Shown piece by piece: positions 13,790 to 26,111 of a stretch of DNA of 64,000 nucleotides. The DNA comes from Lama glama (taxonomy: Eukaryota): NCBI GenBank assembly GCA_028534125.1, contig CM052817.1, positions 92,816,001-92,880,000 on the forward strand. The letters are read 5' to 3'. The position numbers were made by a program, and so were the translations under genes. The notes under the pieces were generated by a model. The model worked only from the letters and a program-made list of their open reading frames with translations, had not been told where the DNA came from and made no database searches. The stretch's first letter is position 1; each line of letters begins with the position of its first letter.

Positions 13790-14180
13790 TTCTCCCTCTG
13801 ATCTCACCCCCTACTTCCTTCCTCTTTACTCTCTCTGGAATAACCACATGTGCTCCCTTGCTGTTCCTCAAACACTCCAGGCAAGTTCCTACCTCAGGAC
13901 CTTTGCACTTGCCACTCTCTGGCTGAAGCCTCTACTGCCAGGTAGGGGCAGGGATCACTTCTCACATTCTTCCAGTTTGTACTCAAAAACATCTCCATAA
14001 CACATGCTAGGGCCACCTTATCTACAACTTTATTCATCTATCTCATTTATTGTCTGTCCCCACTTTATGTAATTTATAAGGGTGGGGACTTTGGTCCGTT
14101 TTATTCACTACTGTATCTTAGCAATTAGAATAGTGCTTGGCATGTAGTAAGCATTCAATGTTTATTGAATGAATAAATGA
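13790..14180 (+). mobile_element. L2 LINE 3' end
   Basis: CCTCAGGACCTTTGCACTTGC and terminal AGTGCTTGGCATGTAGTAAGCATTCAATGTTTATTGAATGAATAAATGA. Confidence 0.8.
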
Positions 14181-15689
14181 GTGGTTGACAGCACTGTTTG
14201 TTTTTTGGTGCACTTGGTTTGTTTTCTTCCCTGCCTCACGGTGCTTGCTCTAATTCAGTCCCCTGTGCCTTTTTACCAATTTACCACTCTGCATCATCTC
14301 AGTCTGTTTGCTTCAGATTCCCCAACAGTCTGAGACATCTCCTGGATTTTTAGCTGGTGATTCAAATTTCGTTCCTTCCTTGATTATTTGTGGGGCACCT
14401 GTCTTCATGAGGTTAGATGTAAAGCAAGAATTTTTTCCCCCAAAGATTCTGTTTTGTGACAAACACATCACCCCCGACTCCCTTCTGTCTCTACCTGAAA
14501 CAGGGCAGCTGTAACAGCAAAAGCCAGCCTGGCAGGGCACCCTATTGTTGAAGTCACCAAACGTGGCACAACAGAGTAGGATGTAGGAGCCAGAAACGAG
14601 AGACGAGCCTGTCTGATGCAAATCTTGTGGAGGGAGGCAGAGATGACCGGGGAGTACCCCTAGAAGGAATTACTCCCTGGGAAAGGGCAGCGAGGTGAAG
14701 TTCCCAGCTGTAGATAAACACAACCTGGCCATCCAATTTCCCACTATTGTTTCACTTGCTCTTTACATGATAAGGAGGATGATCTTATTCTGAATTTGTT
14801 CTTAGATAAATTAGAATGGTCACTGAGGAAGAATGGCTACATCTATGGAGGCTGTAAAAAGCAATGAAGCATGGCCATTCCAATTCCCATAAGCATGTGC
14901 TTTGACAAAACTTGACGGCTCACAGGACACGCCATTTGAAACACACATATTGTGTACTCTAAATTCCACACTTACAATGTGGCGATGCTGGCAGAATGTT
15001 AACTGAAAACCTGACGGATACCCTTAGTTGGCACCGATGCCTTTCTGTAGGGGCTCCCAACGTATCACAACAGCTCCCCTGAATGCAATTGGACATACAG
15101 TATTGTCCACATTCAAAATATTAAAAAACAGTTTAAAGTATTCTGGGGAGAATTAATTTTTATTAACATATTACAGCTCATGAAATAGGATCAGAAACTA
15201 TATATATAGTACTTAGCTATTCAGACGTTACATTTTTTAGTTTATCTGATTTTGAAATCTTTTTCTTTCTCTTACTGACATCACATTTTAATGAATATAC
15301 AGTATTTTCACACGTAACTGAATCCTAATAGCTAACAGGACCTTCAGAGTTCAGCTTGGACCACACAGAATTCTCATCTAACATCTGTCAAGTGTTTTTC
15401 ATAATAATTTTAAATTTTAGTGTAATTATAAATAGAGAATCTCAGGCTATTTTTAGGTCTGTTTGACAAAAACTACAGCCACCACACTGCCTATTACAGT
15501 ATTACAAGCGGAAGTTCCTCCAGGGTAGGGGCAGAATCACGTCCATCCTGTTTCTGCTCAGACAAGGTAAGAGCGCTGAGGGGAGCCTCACATGTGGGAG
15601 GTATTCAGCGTGGGTGGAATTAACCAAAGAGCTGGCACGTCAGCCGACTGGCTTAGAGAAACAGTTCACATGAAAGGTGGCGACAGGCA

Positions 15690-15865
15690 GGGACTCTGGA
15701 GCCAAACTGCCTGGGTTCAAATCCCAACTCTGTTTCTTACTTGCTTGAGCCCCAGTTCCCTGCTCTGTAAGATGTGGATACCAGTAACACCAACCTCACA
15801 GGGTGCTGGTGAGGATTAAGTGAGGTAATTAAAACGTTGAAAGCATTTAGAATGGTCTCCGGTGC
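15690..15865 (+). mobile_element. MIR SINE
   Basis: GACTCTGGAGCCAAACTGCCTGGGTTCAAATCCCAACTCTG...CTGTAAGATG...GTGAGGATTAAGTGAG. Confidence 0.85.
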
Positions 15866-17274
15866 GTGGGATGGATATATTGGCCACTACGATGTAAGAC
15901 AGGCACATATACTCAAAGAGGAAACGTAAAATACAGGACTAATGAGCACTTTCCCACCCCTCCCCTCTACACATGCCCTTTCCAGACACACAAACACGCA
16001 CACACAACGCACATTTGCACAGACAGAAACCCTTCATAAAAATGAAAGGAGCAGAGCTTCCTTCACAGGCTGCCAGGAAAAATCTTTCTGTCCCGGGAAT
16101 CCGAACATGCTGTCTGCCCCTTTAGTTGAACCCAGACAGCACTTGTAAACCTGAACTGGGATTATGCAAAAGGTCCTGCAAAGCCTCTGAGCACCATCCC
16201 TGGATGAATTCCAGGTCATTTTCCTTCTGCCAGCAGTGCTAATCCTTGGTCTTAGTGTGATTAGATAATCTTTTATCAGATAATAATATTTGTGGCTTTC
16301 TCCCCGCATCTTTTCTTTAACAATGCCCTGGACAACCTTTTTCCTCTCTTTTTCCCTCTGCTGCCCCCATCCAAGCTGACCCTAGACTCTCTGCTCTGCT
16401 TGCTTCAGTGGTTGGTGGAGGTGAGGGCAGGGTCGGGGTATAGTTAGAATGAAAAGCACTAGTAACCCACGAAGTGTCCTGACTTCGCTCAAAATCTAAG
16501 CCAGTAAGCTAATTGGAGGGTTTGTAAAGTTTCTAGAAAAATTAAGTGAATGTATGGGGGTGAAATGTTTTAGAAGAAACACAAGGAGAGAAAGATTTCC
16601 TGAAATATTTTTGAAGGGTCTATTGGATTGTGACAGGGTTTGCAATCTGAAGGTTTTACTAGTAAGAGAGACTTGAACATTGCTCCCTGACCAAGTGCCA
16701 ATATGTGACATGACTCCAGGAGGAGTGGCTGCACAGCATGCTGGGAAGCTCCAATCACAGGCACCTCATTAAAGATTTCCGCACGCAAGGCTCAGGGTGG
16801 AAGTGATAAAGAGCTGGCAGTGAGCAGACACATGGACAAGATTGTGGGATTCTCTAGGTCATCTGTGTGGAGACCAGAATCTAGGTGCCCCTACCCAAGG
16901 CCTTGGTGATGCAGAAAGCTCTAGAATAGTAGCAAAATGCCTGTGGTTGGAGAAACCCCAAGAAATGACACACGGTTTCCCACCTGTCTGGTGGGATGAG
17001 GCTCAAAATGAAAATTAAATTGAGGTAAACAAAATACAGAGGCATGATGTATCTGGCAGGTGTTTCCACCTTGCAGTGTCCTTACTCTTTCTTTCCCTAA
17101 CAAATCCCAGCCCCCTTTAGGGGTTTATTATCTTCTCCATTTGAGGAGACCATGAAATTGCTGATCAAGTCTTCTTATAGCAAAAGCAGGAGGGCACAAG
17201 GTTTAGATTAGACCAGTTAGACTCCCTCCTTAGGACTTTGATTCTTTTATTTTCTTTTATTCTTCAGGATTCTT

Positions 17275-18010
17275 TTTAAAAAATTGAAGTATAATTGGTT
17301 TAAAATGTGTTAGTTTCTAGTGTACAGCAAAGTGATTCAGTCATTTATATATATTTATATATACATATATATTCTTTTATATATAGATAAACATATATAT
17401 TCTTTCCCAGACTCTTTTCTAATATAGGTTATTACAAGATAATTGAATATAGTTCCCTGTGCTATACAGTAGGTCCTTGTTGATTATTTTATATACAGTA
17501 ATGTGTATCTGTTAGTCCCAAACTCCTAATTTATCCCTTCCCCACCTCCTTTCTCCTTTGGTAACCATAGTTTGTTTCCTATGTCTTCGCATCCATTTCT
17601 GGTTTGTAAATAAGTTCATTTGTTAAAAAAAAATAAGTTCATTTGTATCATTTTTTAAGATTTCACATGTAAGTGACATCATATGATATTTGTCTTTCTC
17701 TGTTTGACTTACTTCACTTAGTATAATAATAATAATAATAATAATTCTTTTTTATGGCTCAGTAATATTTTTAATCTTTATTCATCTGATGATAGATATT
17801 TAGGTTGTTTCCATGTCTTGGCTATTGTAAATAGTGCTGCTATGAACACTGAGGTGCATATGTCTTTTCAAATTATAGTTTTCTCCAGATATATACCCAG
17901 GAGTGGAAATGCCAGATCATATGGTAACTCTATTTTTAGTTTTTTTAAGGAAACTCCATACTGTTCTCTATAGTGGCTGCACCAATTTACATTCCCATCA
18001 ACAGTGTAGG
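17275..18010 (-). mobile_element. Cetartiodactyl-type L1 3' end (ORF2 C-terminus plus 3'UTR)
   Basis: ATTGAAGTATAATTGGTTTA..AATATAGTTCCCTGTGCTATACAGTAGGTCC. ORF 17868..18089 contains L1 ORF2-like VDGNVNWCSHY and LKKLKIELPYDLAFPLLGIY. Confidence 0.9.
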
Positions 18011-19989
18011 AGTTAGGACTTTGATTCTTGAGAGAAGTGATTCGAGTACCAAGAACTGTTGGATCTAAGGGATCCATTTCAGAAGTCACCAGTTCTTGCC
18101 ACCTACATCCTCAGAGCTGCCCTGGGTTCTGCCCTTCCCAAGTCTGATCCCTCAGGCTTGCCCTGGATTCTGAGAACTGCTTCAGATACTTCCACTACAT
18201 TCCTCTTCAAGTTAGAAAGGCTGTTGGTAGCAATAAAGAGTTACAAAGAGTTAACATTTGGGGTTATAACTCCTAAAACTTAAAGATCTCATACGCTATC
18301 CCACCGTACATGGTTTTGGATAGAGGAAATGGTGATGAATTGCAGCTGTAGTTGACCCTGGCTCCTTGCCAAAATATGCATTTTGGCATCTTCTTTAGTT
18401 TCACATACTGACCCTTCTAGTAAGAGGGGACCCACTCTTTCTCTTGCCTCAGCACAAGTGACTGATTCTTTTGACTTCCTATCTCCCAGAATGTGCTTCA
18501 CAGAGAGGAGGAACAGAGAGGTGGTTGGCTGACCCCGAAGCTGCTGATCTATTAGAAGATGATGCATGATCTTCGGTATGTCCCAAGATGAGCTTTATTT
18601 CATTAATACCCAGTTTTCAAAACATTAGCACGAACTGATCTTGTTCTGATCTGCGGCTGATATCAAGAGCTGGATTAATTAAGTTTTGTCCCCAAACCAA
18701 AGTGTTTTAATAATGACTTTTCTTTTACCCTTTGGTGTCATTTCCTTTTATCTGAGTTGTTGCTTTTGTTTGCTGTACAAATGCCATGCTAAAATTTTTA
18801 TTTTATTAAGAATTATTCATCTCAAAATATTAGTGAATTCACAACTGCAGCCCAATTTTGAATGTCTTCATGTATTTGGTCAAAAATTTGATTTGAATTT
18901 ATATCAGCGTTGTTTTGAATGATCAGTAATAAATTTAATTTTATACTTGTTAGATAGATATTTTCTTGATTTTGAGTGGTTTCCATTCCCTCCTTTTTTG
19001 CAATTTAATCACCTTAATATGTTAATACGTAATTTAAAAAAGAATAAAAGGTACTCAATGTACTCATTTTAAAATTCTTAATATTTTGTATTTGCAACTT
19101 ATTATATTTAGGACAAACCATTTTCAGAATAACAAAGAAAATTAAGCTAAAACGTTTCTTGTATTCTTCTAAGTTTGCTTTTATCAAATTTTTTTGAATA
19201 TGTATTTTTTAAAGGGAGCAAGTTCTGTTATTTAAGAAGAGAGATGGGAAAGCTTCCCAGGCAGATAAAAATAATAGTCCAGAGTGCACTAAAATGTCTG
19301 AATCACTCTTGTCTTAAACACAACCAGAGTTTAGTCAGAATCCTAGTATTTTGTTAATAAATATATTCATAAAGATACTTATATCCATGCTTATTAGGTG
19401 TGAATTCAAAGTAAGACTTTTGCTTAAAAATACCACACTAATATAGAATAATTATTTTTCAAATTAGTTTTTTGAGGGAGGTTATACTCTTCTTTAAAAC
19501 ATTCTGGAAATATTTAAAAAGTTTCTGAAATTTTTAATAAAAATGCTTTCCAAATCCATTTGTTAATTGCACAAGAAAATTATTCTCATTACTTTATAAT
19601 AACGTATTCAATTTTAATGTCTGCAGTCAAGGGTTTTTTCATTAGAATTTGTCTTAACAAGAGAAAACTCTGAAAGTTACTAAGTATATAGTGACAGAGA
19701 AATAGTTTCAGGAGTCTTTAGAGATCAGACCACTACCAAATTAACAAACAGTAACATTTTACTCTGCAACTGCAGACTAGCCCATAAAAGGGAATGCTGG
19801 ATGTGGAGAATACATACAGTGGCAATAAATCCTTAAAACAAGAGTATGCTGCTTGGCACACATTTAAAAATAGAATTCATGTTCTTTTTGGAAATGCCAA
19901 GAGATTTATTTCCAATTTTGTTTCATAATACACATTTTGACTATATGGCCACCAGGTTGGATCTATCTTCAGCAGTATTTAAAAAAAAT

Positions 19990-19996
19990 ACACACA

Positions 19997-20027
<31 letters not shown>
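19990..20027. repeat. (CA)n microsatellite
   Basis: CA repeat with one TA interruption, visible directly. Confidence 0.95.
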
Positions 20028-20030
<3 letters not shown>

Positions 20031-20399
20031 AGATCATGTATATTTATACAGACAAAAAATATGTGATTATAATGAAAAGTGTGGACTCTGATCATTCTGT
20101 GTCATTGACTGATAATTATGTCTTGGTCACCATTTTCTCCAACTCCAGCCTTTGGATATACAAGGATCACTTCTATGTCATTTACTAGAGACCCAAAGGC
20201 ACCAGATCTGGAAAGGTTGTTCTCAACCCTCTTGAAACTTTTAGGGTCTTATTTTTGTATTTGTGCAAATCAGCTTGGGAGCACCTTCGAGGGAGATTTT
20301 ATTTTGTTTTGTTTCTGCTTTTGCCAGTGTGCTCCTAGGGTTCTGAGGTGGTGAGAGAAAAGGCTCATTGAAAAGCAAAAATGTGGCTCTGGGCCGATC

Positions 20400-20520
20400 C
20401 ACCATCGACATCACAGCACCGCCAGCAGCACCATCCCCAGCAGCCCACCAGCACCACCACCACCAGTATCATCAGAAAACTAGCATCACCACCACCAGCC
20501 CCACCAGCAGCACCACTACA
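20400..20520. repeat. Degenerate (CAC/CAG/CAT)n trinucleotide tract
   Basis: CAGCAGCACCATCCCCAGCAGCCCACCAGCACCACCACCACCAGTATCATC...CACCACCACCAGCCCCACCAGCAGCACCAC. Confidence 0.85.
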
Positions 20521-22598
20521 AGTCAGTTCAGGTCTACTTGGCTCCTGATTATAAGAGTAACAGAAATATGCAATCCTTTGTACAATGAAGGAAAAAAATA
20601 ACTTCTCTAGCCCTTCTCAGAGGAGCAACATTTCTGTTAAGAATTTTGGAAGGATGAGTAGGGGACAGGGGAGAGTGGGGAGAAAAGATCTCCAGGCCAA
20701 GGTGATACAGCGTAAAATGGGTATGTTCAGGAACTGAAGGCGTTCTTCCTGCTGGACCCAGAAAGATCTTTGAGTAAGTACTTAACAATGATCCACTCAT
20801 CTTGCTTATCTTGACTTTCTGATGTTTTTCATAGATGAAATCCCTTATCTAGTCACCTTGGCATCTCTAGTGCTTAATATATAGCAGACACTCAACAAGT
20901 ACAAACACTCTTCAACTCATCTCCTTCTCCCTGTTCTATGAATACATGCCATTTAAATTGATCTTCTTCTGAGGATGGAGAGAGATTTTAAAGGAGACAA
21001 ACTGAGGTTACTGTCGGTGGCAGAATGGGCAAGAGCTCTTGGGACTCATGGTGACAACCTGACACATCTTATCCAAATAAGGTAATTAAGGTAAAATCTC
21101 AATAAACTGTAAATTGTAATGTAAAGATTATGATTATGTTCTTTTATCCATTTTGCATTTGTTGAGTTGGCCTCAGTCTTTGGTGGAATACTGATAAATG
21201 CTTTTGGGGTGAGTGATATGAATGTTCTAATTTCAGAGTGACTGCAAGCCCAGCCTATTTATTATTTTAAAGGACCTTTTTTGTATAAGCAAAACCCAAG
21301 GGGCATTTTAAAGTGTAAAATTTTGGCAAGGCCATCTGATGTATTCCTATAAATGCATGCCTGGAGGCCTTTTTCTGAATATAGTTAACCCATTTGGGAT
21401 AAATATTCTTAAAATTATTTTACATCAAATAAATATTGACATGCTTTTTAAGGTCATTTGACACAAGACTAGAATATTAACAAGAGGCTAGATTTGATGC
21501 ATTTTTTAAACCAATAAATGGAATTGAAATTCCCTGCACTTATTTTAGAATATATATCTTAAATATTAAGAAAGCATTTTGTAGTATCTGTCAAGGAATA
21601 CAGGTTATTCACATATACTGCTTGTAAAATGTTCTTCCTATCCCATTTTTTTCTGTAATGCTCAGAAACCAAAGGACCTGAGATGATAAAACAGAAGATT
21701 CTGTCGAGCTATTATTTATCTCTGCATATTTCATTTATTTTCCTTTCTGGACTATGTTTCATAGGCAATAAAGGAAACAAAAAAAATGAGAATGGGGTCT
21801 GGGAAGACAAACTTAGAGAGGAAAAACAGTTTCTATGATTGAGATGGATGATGGATTTACAGAGGCAGGACAAAGGGTTGTCATTCTTCTAATGAATATT
21901 TTTGTTCCACATCAAAGCACAAATATGTTTCAGGGCTTGTAGTGAGGAGGTGTCCGTTATGATGAGAAACATTCCTTCTTGGAGCCAAATAGCAGGGAAC
22001 ATAGCTCATTTCACTATAAAGCTAGACACATATTAGGTTTATTTGACAAGAGAATTGATGATGTCTTCACATCCCACAGAGCAACCTCTTAATTTCTAGG
22101 TTCTAAGGAGCAATTTCAAATTCCCCGTCCACCTCAGGTCAGGCTTTTGGCAAGAACTGATTCTAAGAAATTACTATGTTTCCCAATTTTGGTTGCATGT
22201 GTGTGTGTTGGAAGGGAAGCTGCTCAGTTAAAAAGAATTAACGTGTGCAACTGCTGGAGAAGGGAAGAAATGGGTCCTGCATGCCGGTTTTTGAAAATGG
22301 TATCACTAAGGTGATACCTTTATAAGATGATTCAGTCTTCCAGGTCCATGCATGGTCACTCCTGGAGTACTTGTTCTCCCTCTAAAGTCACCTTGGGTCA
22401 GCTCTGTTATTGTTGTTCTCCAAAAATCAGGCATTGGCAGTGCCTTTCCATCTCTCCCTCTCTTACTCCTATTTAAAGGAATGTTCTGAAACCAAAATAC
22501 CAGGTTAAAGATTTCTGCAGTCAAGGCAGATCATACAGATTCAAGTGAGGATGTCAGATGAAGAAGATACAGTGAATATTATTCAAATGTTTAGATGA

Positions 22599-23168
22599 TG
22601 TGTTAAGCAGAATTCACTCCTGCCCCCTCACCAGGTGATTATGCTCTAATCCTGGGAACCTCTGAATATGTTATGTGACTTGGAGTAAGGGACTTTGCAG
22701 GGATAATTAAAGATAAATTGAGCTAAGGAGTTTATGTTGGGTTATCTGGGTGGGCACAGCAGAGAACCTTCTCTAACTGGAGTTGGAGAGATGGAGCAGA
22801 AGTTAGATGACAAAGATGGGAGAGACTCAATCCCACAAGTCTGCTGCTAAAGAGGGCCACGTGGAAAACATGAGAACAAACGTGGGCAGCCTCTAACAGC
22901 AGAGGCCAGCCCCTGGATGATGGCCAGCACAGGCACGAGGACCTCATTCCTTCACCCTTGAGGAATTGAAATGAACCCACAAGCCGAATGAGGTGTGAGC
23001 CACGTTCTCCACTAATGAATGCAGCCTGGCGGACACCCTAATTTTGGCCTTGTGAAACCCTAAGCAGAGTGCCATTTAAGCCCACTCAGACTTCTGAGCT
23101 ACAGAAGTGAGATAAAAGAAACTTTGTTGAGTTTACGGAAACGTGATAGAAGCAATAGAAAACCAAGA
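22599..23168 (+). mobile_element. MaLR LTR, MLT1D/E-like
   Basis: CTAATCCTGGGAACCTCTGAATATGTTA, GGGACTTTGCAG, GACTTCTGAGCTACAGAAGTGAGATAA, GCAATAGAAAACCAA. Confidence 0.75.
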
Positions 23169-23295
23169 AATGTGGCTACAGATCCTAACAGAATCTTTAG
23201 CTCTATTTTTACTGTTCAAGTTTTTACAATAAAAGGAGAAAAAATAAAATCAATTTCAAGCAGCTTTTCCTCAAAATTTACCTTTTGTTTTTTTA

Positions 23296-23710
23296 TGAGT
23301 CGGGGTTCAGCCAGAACAAGAGAAACCATTGCAGGTATTTTGAGCAGGAAGGATTTAACAAAGAGATTAAGCACTTTACAAACAATAAAAACAAGGGTTG
23401 AAGGAACAAAAGTGAGCAAAACCACCTCTTGTGAAATATGGAGACAGAAGGAACTGCAAGAAACCACCACTGATGACCTCAGTTATCTGTGGCACTGAAA
23501 TGAGTTATTCTCAGAAGAATGACAGGAAGCAGTTGGCCAAACTTCATTTCTGCTGTTCGCGAGGGTGAATGCTTGCCTTGCTCTGCAGGAGGAATAACAA
23601 CGGATTCTGCCTCTCTTCTGCTTTCTGAATCTCATATGATTGATGGAATCTAATCCAGAACCTAGACTTCCAGCCCTTGCAATACAGAGACGAGCACAGG
23701 AGGAAGATGG
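23296..23710 (-). mobile_element. Old ERVL-class LTR (LTR33/LTR41-like)
   Basis: Starts TGAGTCGGGGTTCAGCCAGAACAAGAGAAACCA, resembling a reversed ERVL LTR 3' end. Degenerate. Confidence 0.45.
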
Positions 23711-24114
23711 CCCTGAGTGGCTGGCACACTGCTGGGCTTCATCATGGCCATTACATCAACACTCATGTGTAGAAAAATAAAGAAAAATGAGGAAGAAACA
23801 AGCGCCACCTACCAAAGCACTCAATGAGAAACATTCAGACACTTACAAAGTGAGATTGTAAAAGAGCTTCAATTTTTCCTTGCAAGCTCCATTTTATCTG
23901 GATGAGTGCCTTTCTTTTACATTGCAGGGTAATTTTCCCTGTACTCACACAACGTGGAATCATGGCATATCAAAGACTATCTACTTCAACTCTCTCCATT
24001 TACATGAAAGGAATGAAAATTCTGCAGAGATTGCTCATTGTCCAAGACAAGATAGCAGGTAAGTGCCTACACAGGGCCAAGGTCTCATGAAGTTTATCTA
24101 GTCTCCCAACTTTC

Positions 24115-24576
24115 TGTCAAGGTCCATGAAGAGTCTGGGATTTTACTCAATGTAGAGGCTAGCAAGTTAGCCTGTTACTGTTTTATGGATGTTGGCAGAA
24201 GACACAAGACTCTTGGATCAGGGACAAAGGACTTTAGTATTCATGGCACAGCAGTGGCCAGAGTGTCAGATGGTCATATTGGTTCCCCGTTGATTCTCAG
24301 ATCTCAAGGAAGTAAGGCAGAGGGGCCAGAGGGCTGCTATGCACACAGTAAGGTTTGCATCATAGCCAAAGAACACTGAGCTTGAGGAATTCCTTGCCTT
24401 TTTTAGCAAATGGAAGTAAGAGTGCTCTTTGTCCAGTAAGACACGTTACCTCAATCTTCAAGGTTGCCCACTGCAAAAATAACCCTGAGATATGGCTCTG
24501 CTAAAGGGCCTTGCATTCCTGGCACACTTACAAGAATGTGCATCTGAGGGTTCATGGCAAACTGCCACTCTCAACA
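24115..24576. mobile_element. ERV solo LTR, family not assigned
   Basis: TG...CA bounded element of about 460 bp with GCTAGCAAGTTAGCCTG..GGCAGAAGACACAAGACTC, resembling ancestral eutherian LTRs. Confidence 0.55.
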
Positions 24577-24659
24577 CCACTTACAATTTAAATTATTTAA
24601 TATTTGCTACATGCAAAATACTATGTAAAATATTCTATTTATAATATATATAATATTCT

Positions 24660-25560
24660 ATTTCTGAAATTTAACCAATTCTGCATATTGTTATAATTCA
24701 TTCATTTCTACTATCATTTAGCAATTGCACTGGCCGAGTATGTAATGATTTATTATTCCATTCTCTTGTTGATGAACATTTGGTCTGGTTTGCAAAACTT
24801 CGCTGTTATGCTACTACGAACATGTACTTTGTGTACATTTCCTGGTACCTTTATGCAGAAGTTTCTCCAGAATATTTGACTAGGTGTGAAAATTACCTGA
24901 TTAATAATTAAGCTAAAAATACCTTCATATCTTTATCCACAATTTGTTTTTCCATGTCTATGAATAGCCTTTTCATATTTATTCATTTTTCTATTGGGTT
25001 GCTTCTCTTTTTAAATTTCTTTTTTAAGAGTTCATCGTTTCACCACTAATTCATGGGTAAAAACCAATTTCTTAGTAATAGAAAGGAACATTTTTAATCC
25101 ACACCCTAACCCCTGCCATCACTGCCAAAAAGAAGAGGTATCTATTAAAACCTGTAATTTCAAACATCTTTTAAATGACAATATGATAAAAGCATTCTCT
25201 TTAAAATCAGAAACCAAAGATACCCCCTATCATGGCTTCTGTTCAACGTTGTACCAGAAGTCCTACCCAGGTCATTAAGGAAAGAATATAAAATAAAAGA
25301 TAAAAGGAATGGGAGAAGTAGAAAGAAAAAGTCATCCATCACAGATGATATCATTGTCTACATAGAAAAGCCAAAATTATTCACAGAAAAACGATTTGAA
25401 ATGGCAAGAGAATTTATAAGTTGTAGGGGTGTGTTTAGAATCACAAACGAATGGCGAGTGAAATGTTTTTCTGCAGTTAATGAGGGGACAATGCACTTTT
25501 TTGTCCTTAAGCTGTTAATGTGATGAATCACTTTCGTAGATTTTTCTTGAGTATTTAGAC
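24660..25560. mobile_element. Cluster of old L1 fragments in both orientations
   Basis: Antisense L1 (TTCATTTTTCTATTGGGTTG) then sense ORF2-like TTCAACGTTGTACCAGAAGTCCTACCCAG and CACAGATGATATCATTGTCTACATAGAAAAGCC. Confidence 0.7.
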
Positions 25561-26021
25561 CACTTCTGTGAGGATTTGTTCATCTTCTATTGTGGTATCA
25601 TGCTCGGCTTTGGACGACCTGTAGACCTACACTGGCAATTTCTTCCTGCACCAAGTATTTACATTTGCTTCTTGTTGGAGTCGAAGACACCACGCACCTG
25701 GGGCCACCCTCACTGCCTTCAAGGACCCAGGTTGTTGCTGCCAAGAGGCTTAGTCTGCTTTATGCCTTGCTGATGTTGGTTTGGCCTCAGACAAACACCC
25801 CTTTCACATCAGCTTGCTTTTTAACACCCTGGTTGCAGTTCCAGCTCCCCCCTCCCAACCCAGGGGAAGGGAGGTGGTGATGTTAGATTTTCCTTACTTC
25901 CTGTGAGCTCACCAAGAGATTAAAAATTAAGTTGCATGCAGGACCTAGTGGTTTTGTACGGGAAGGGATTTTTAATGAACAGTTTCTCATTTTGACCCAT
26001 TTTTTTAAAGAAATTAAAAAA

Positions 26022-26111
26022 ATTTTTTTTAAATAGAGGCATTGGGAATTGAACCCAGGACCTCGTACGTGTGAAGCAAACCCTCTACCACTGAGCTATA
26101 CCCACATCCCC
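26022..26111 (-). mobile_element. tRNA-Ala-derived short SINE (camelid vic-1-like)
   Basis: Reverse complement reads GGGTATAGCTCAGTGGTAGAGGG...CGAGGTCCTGGGTTCAATTCCCAATGCCTC followed by an A-rich tail. Homologous to 60401-60496. Confidence 0.85.

Noticed and set aside
23124..23498. 124-aa ORF and the other short intergenic ORFs in the track
   Set aside because: They overlap LTR or LINE fossils or low-complexity DNA, many have non-ATG starts, and none resembles a protein I recognise.
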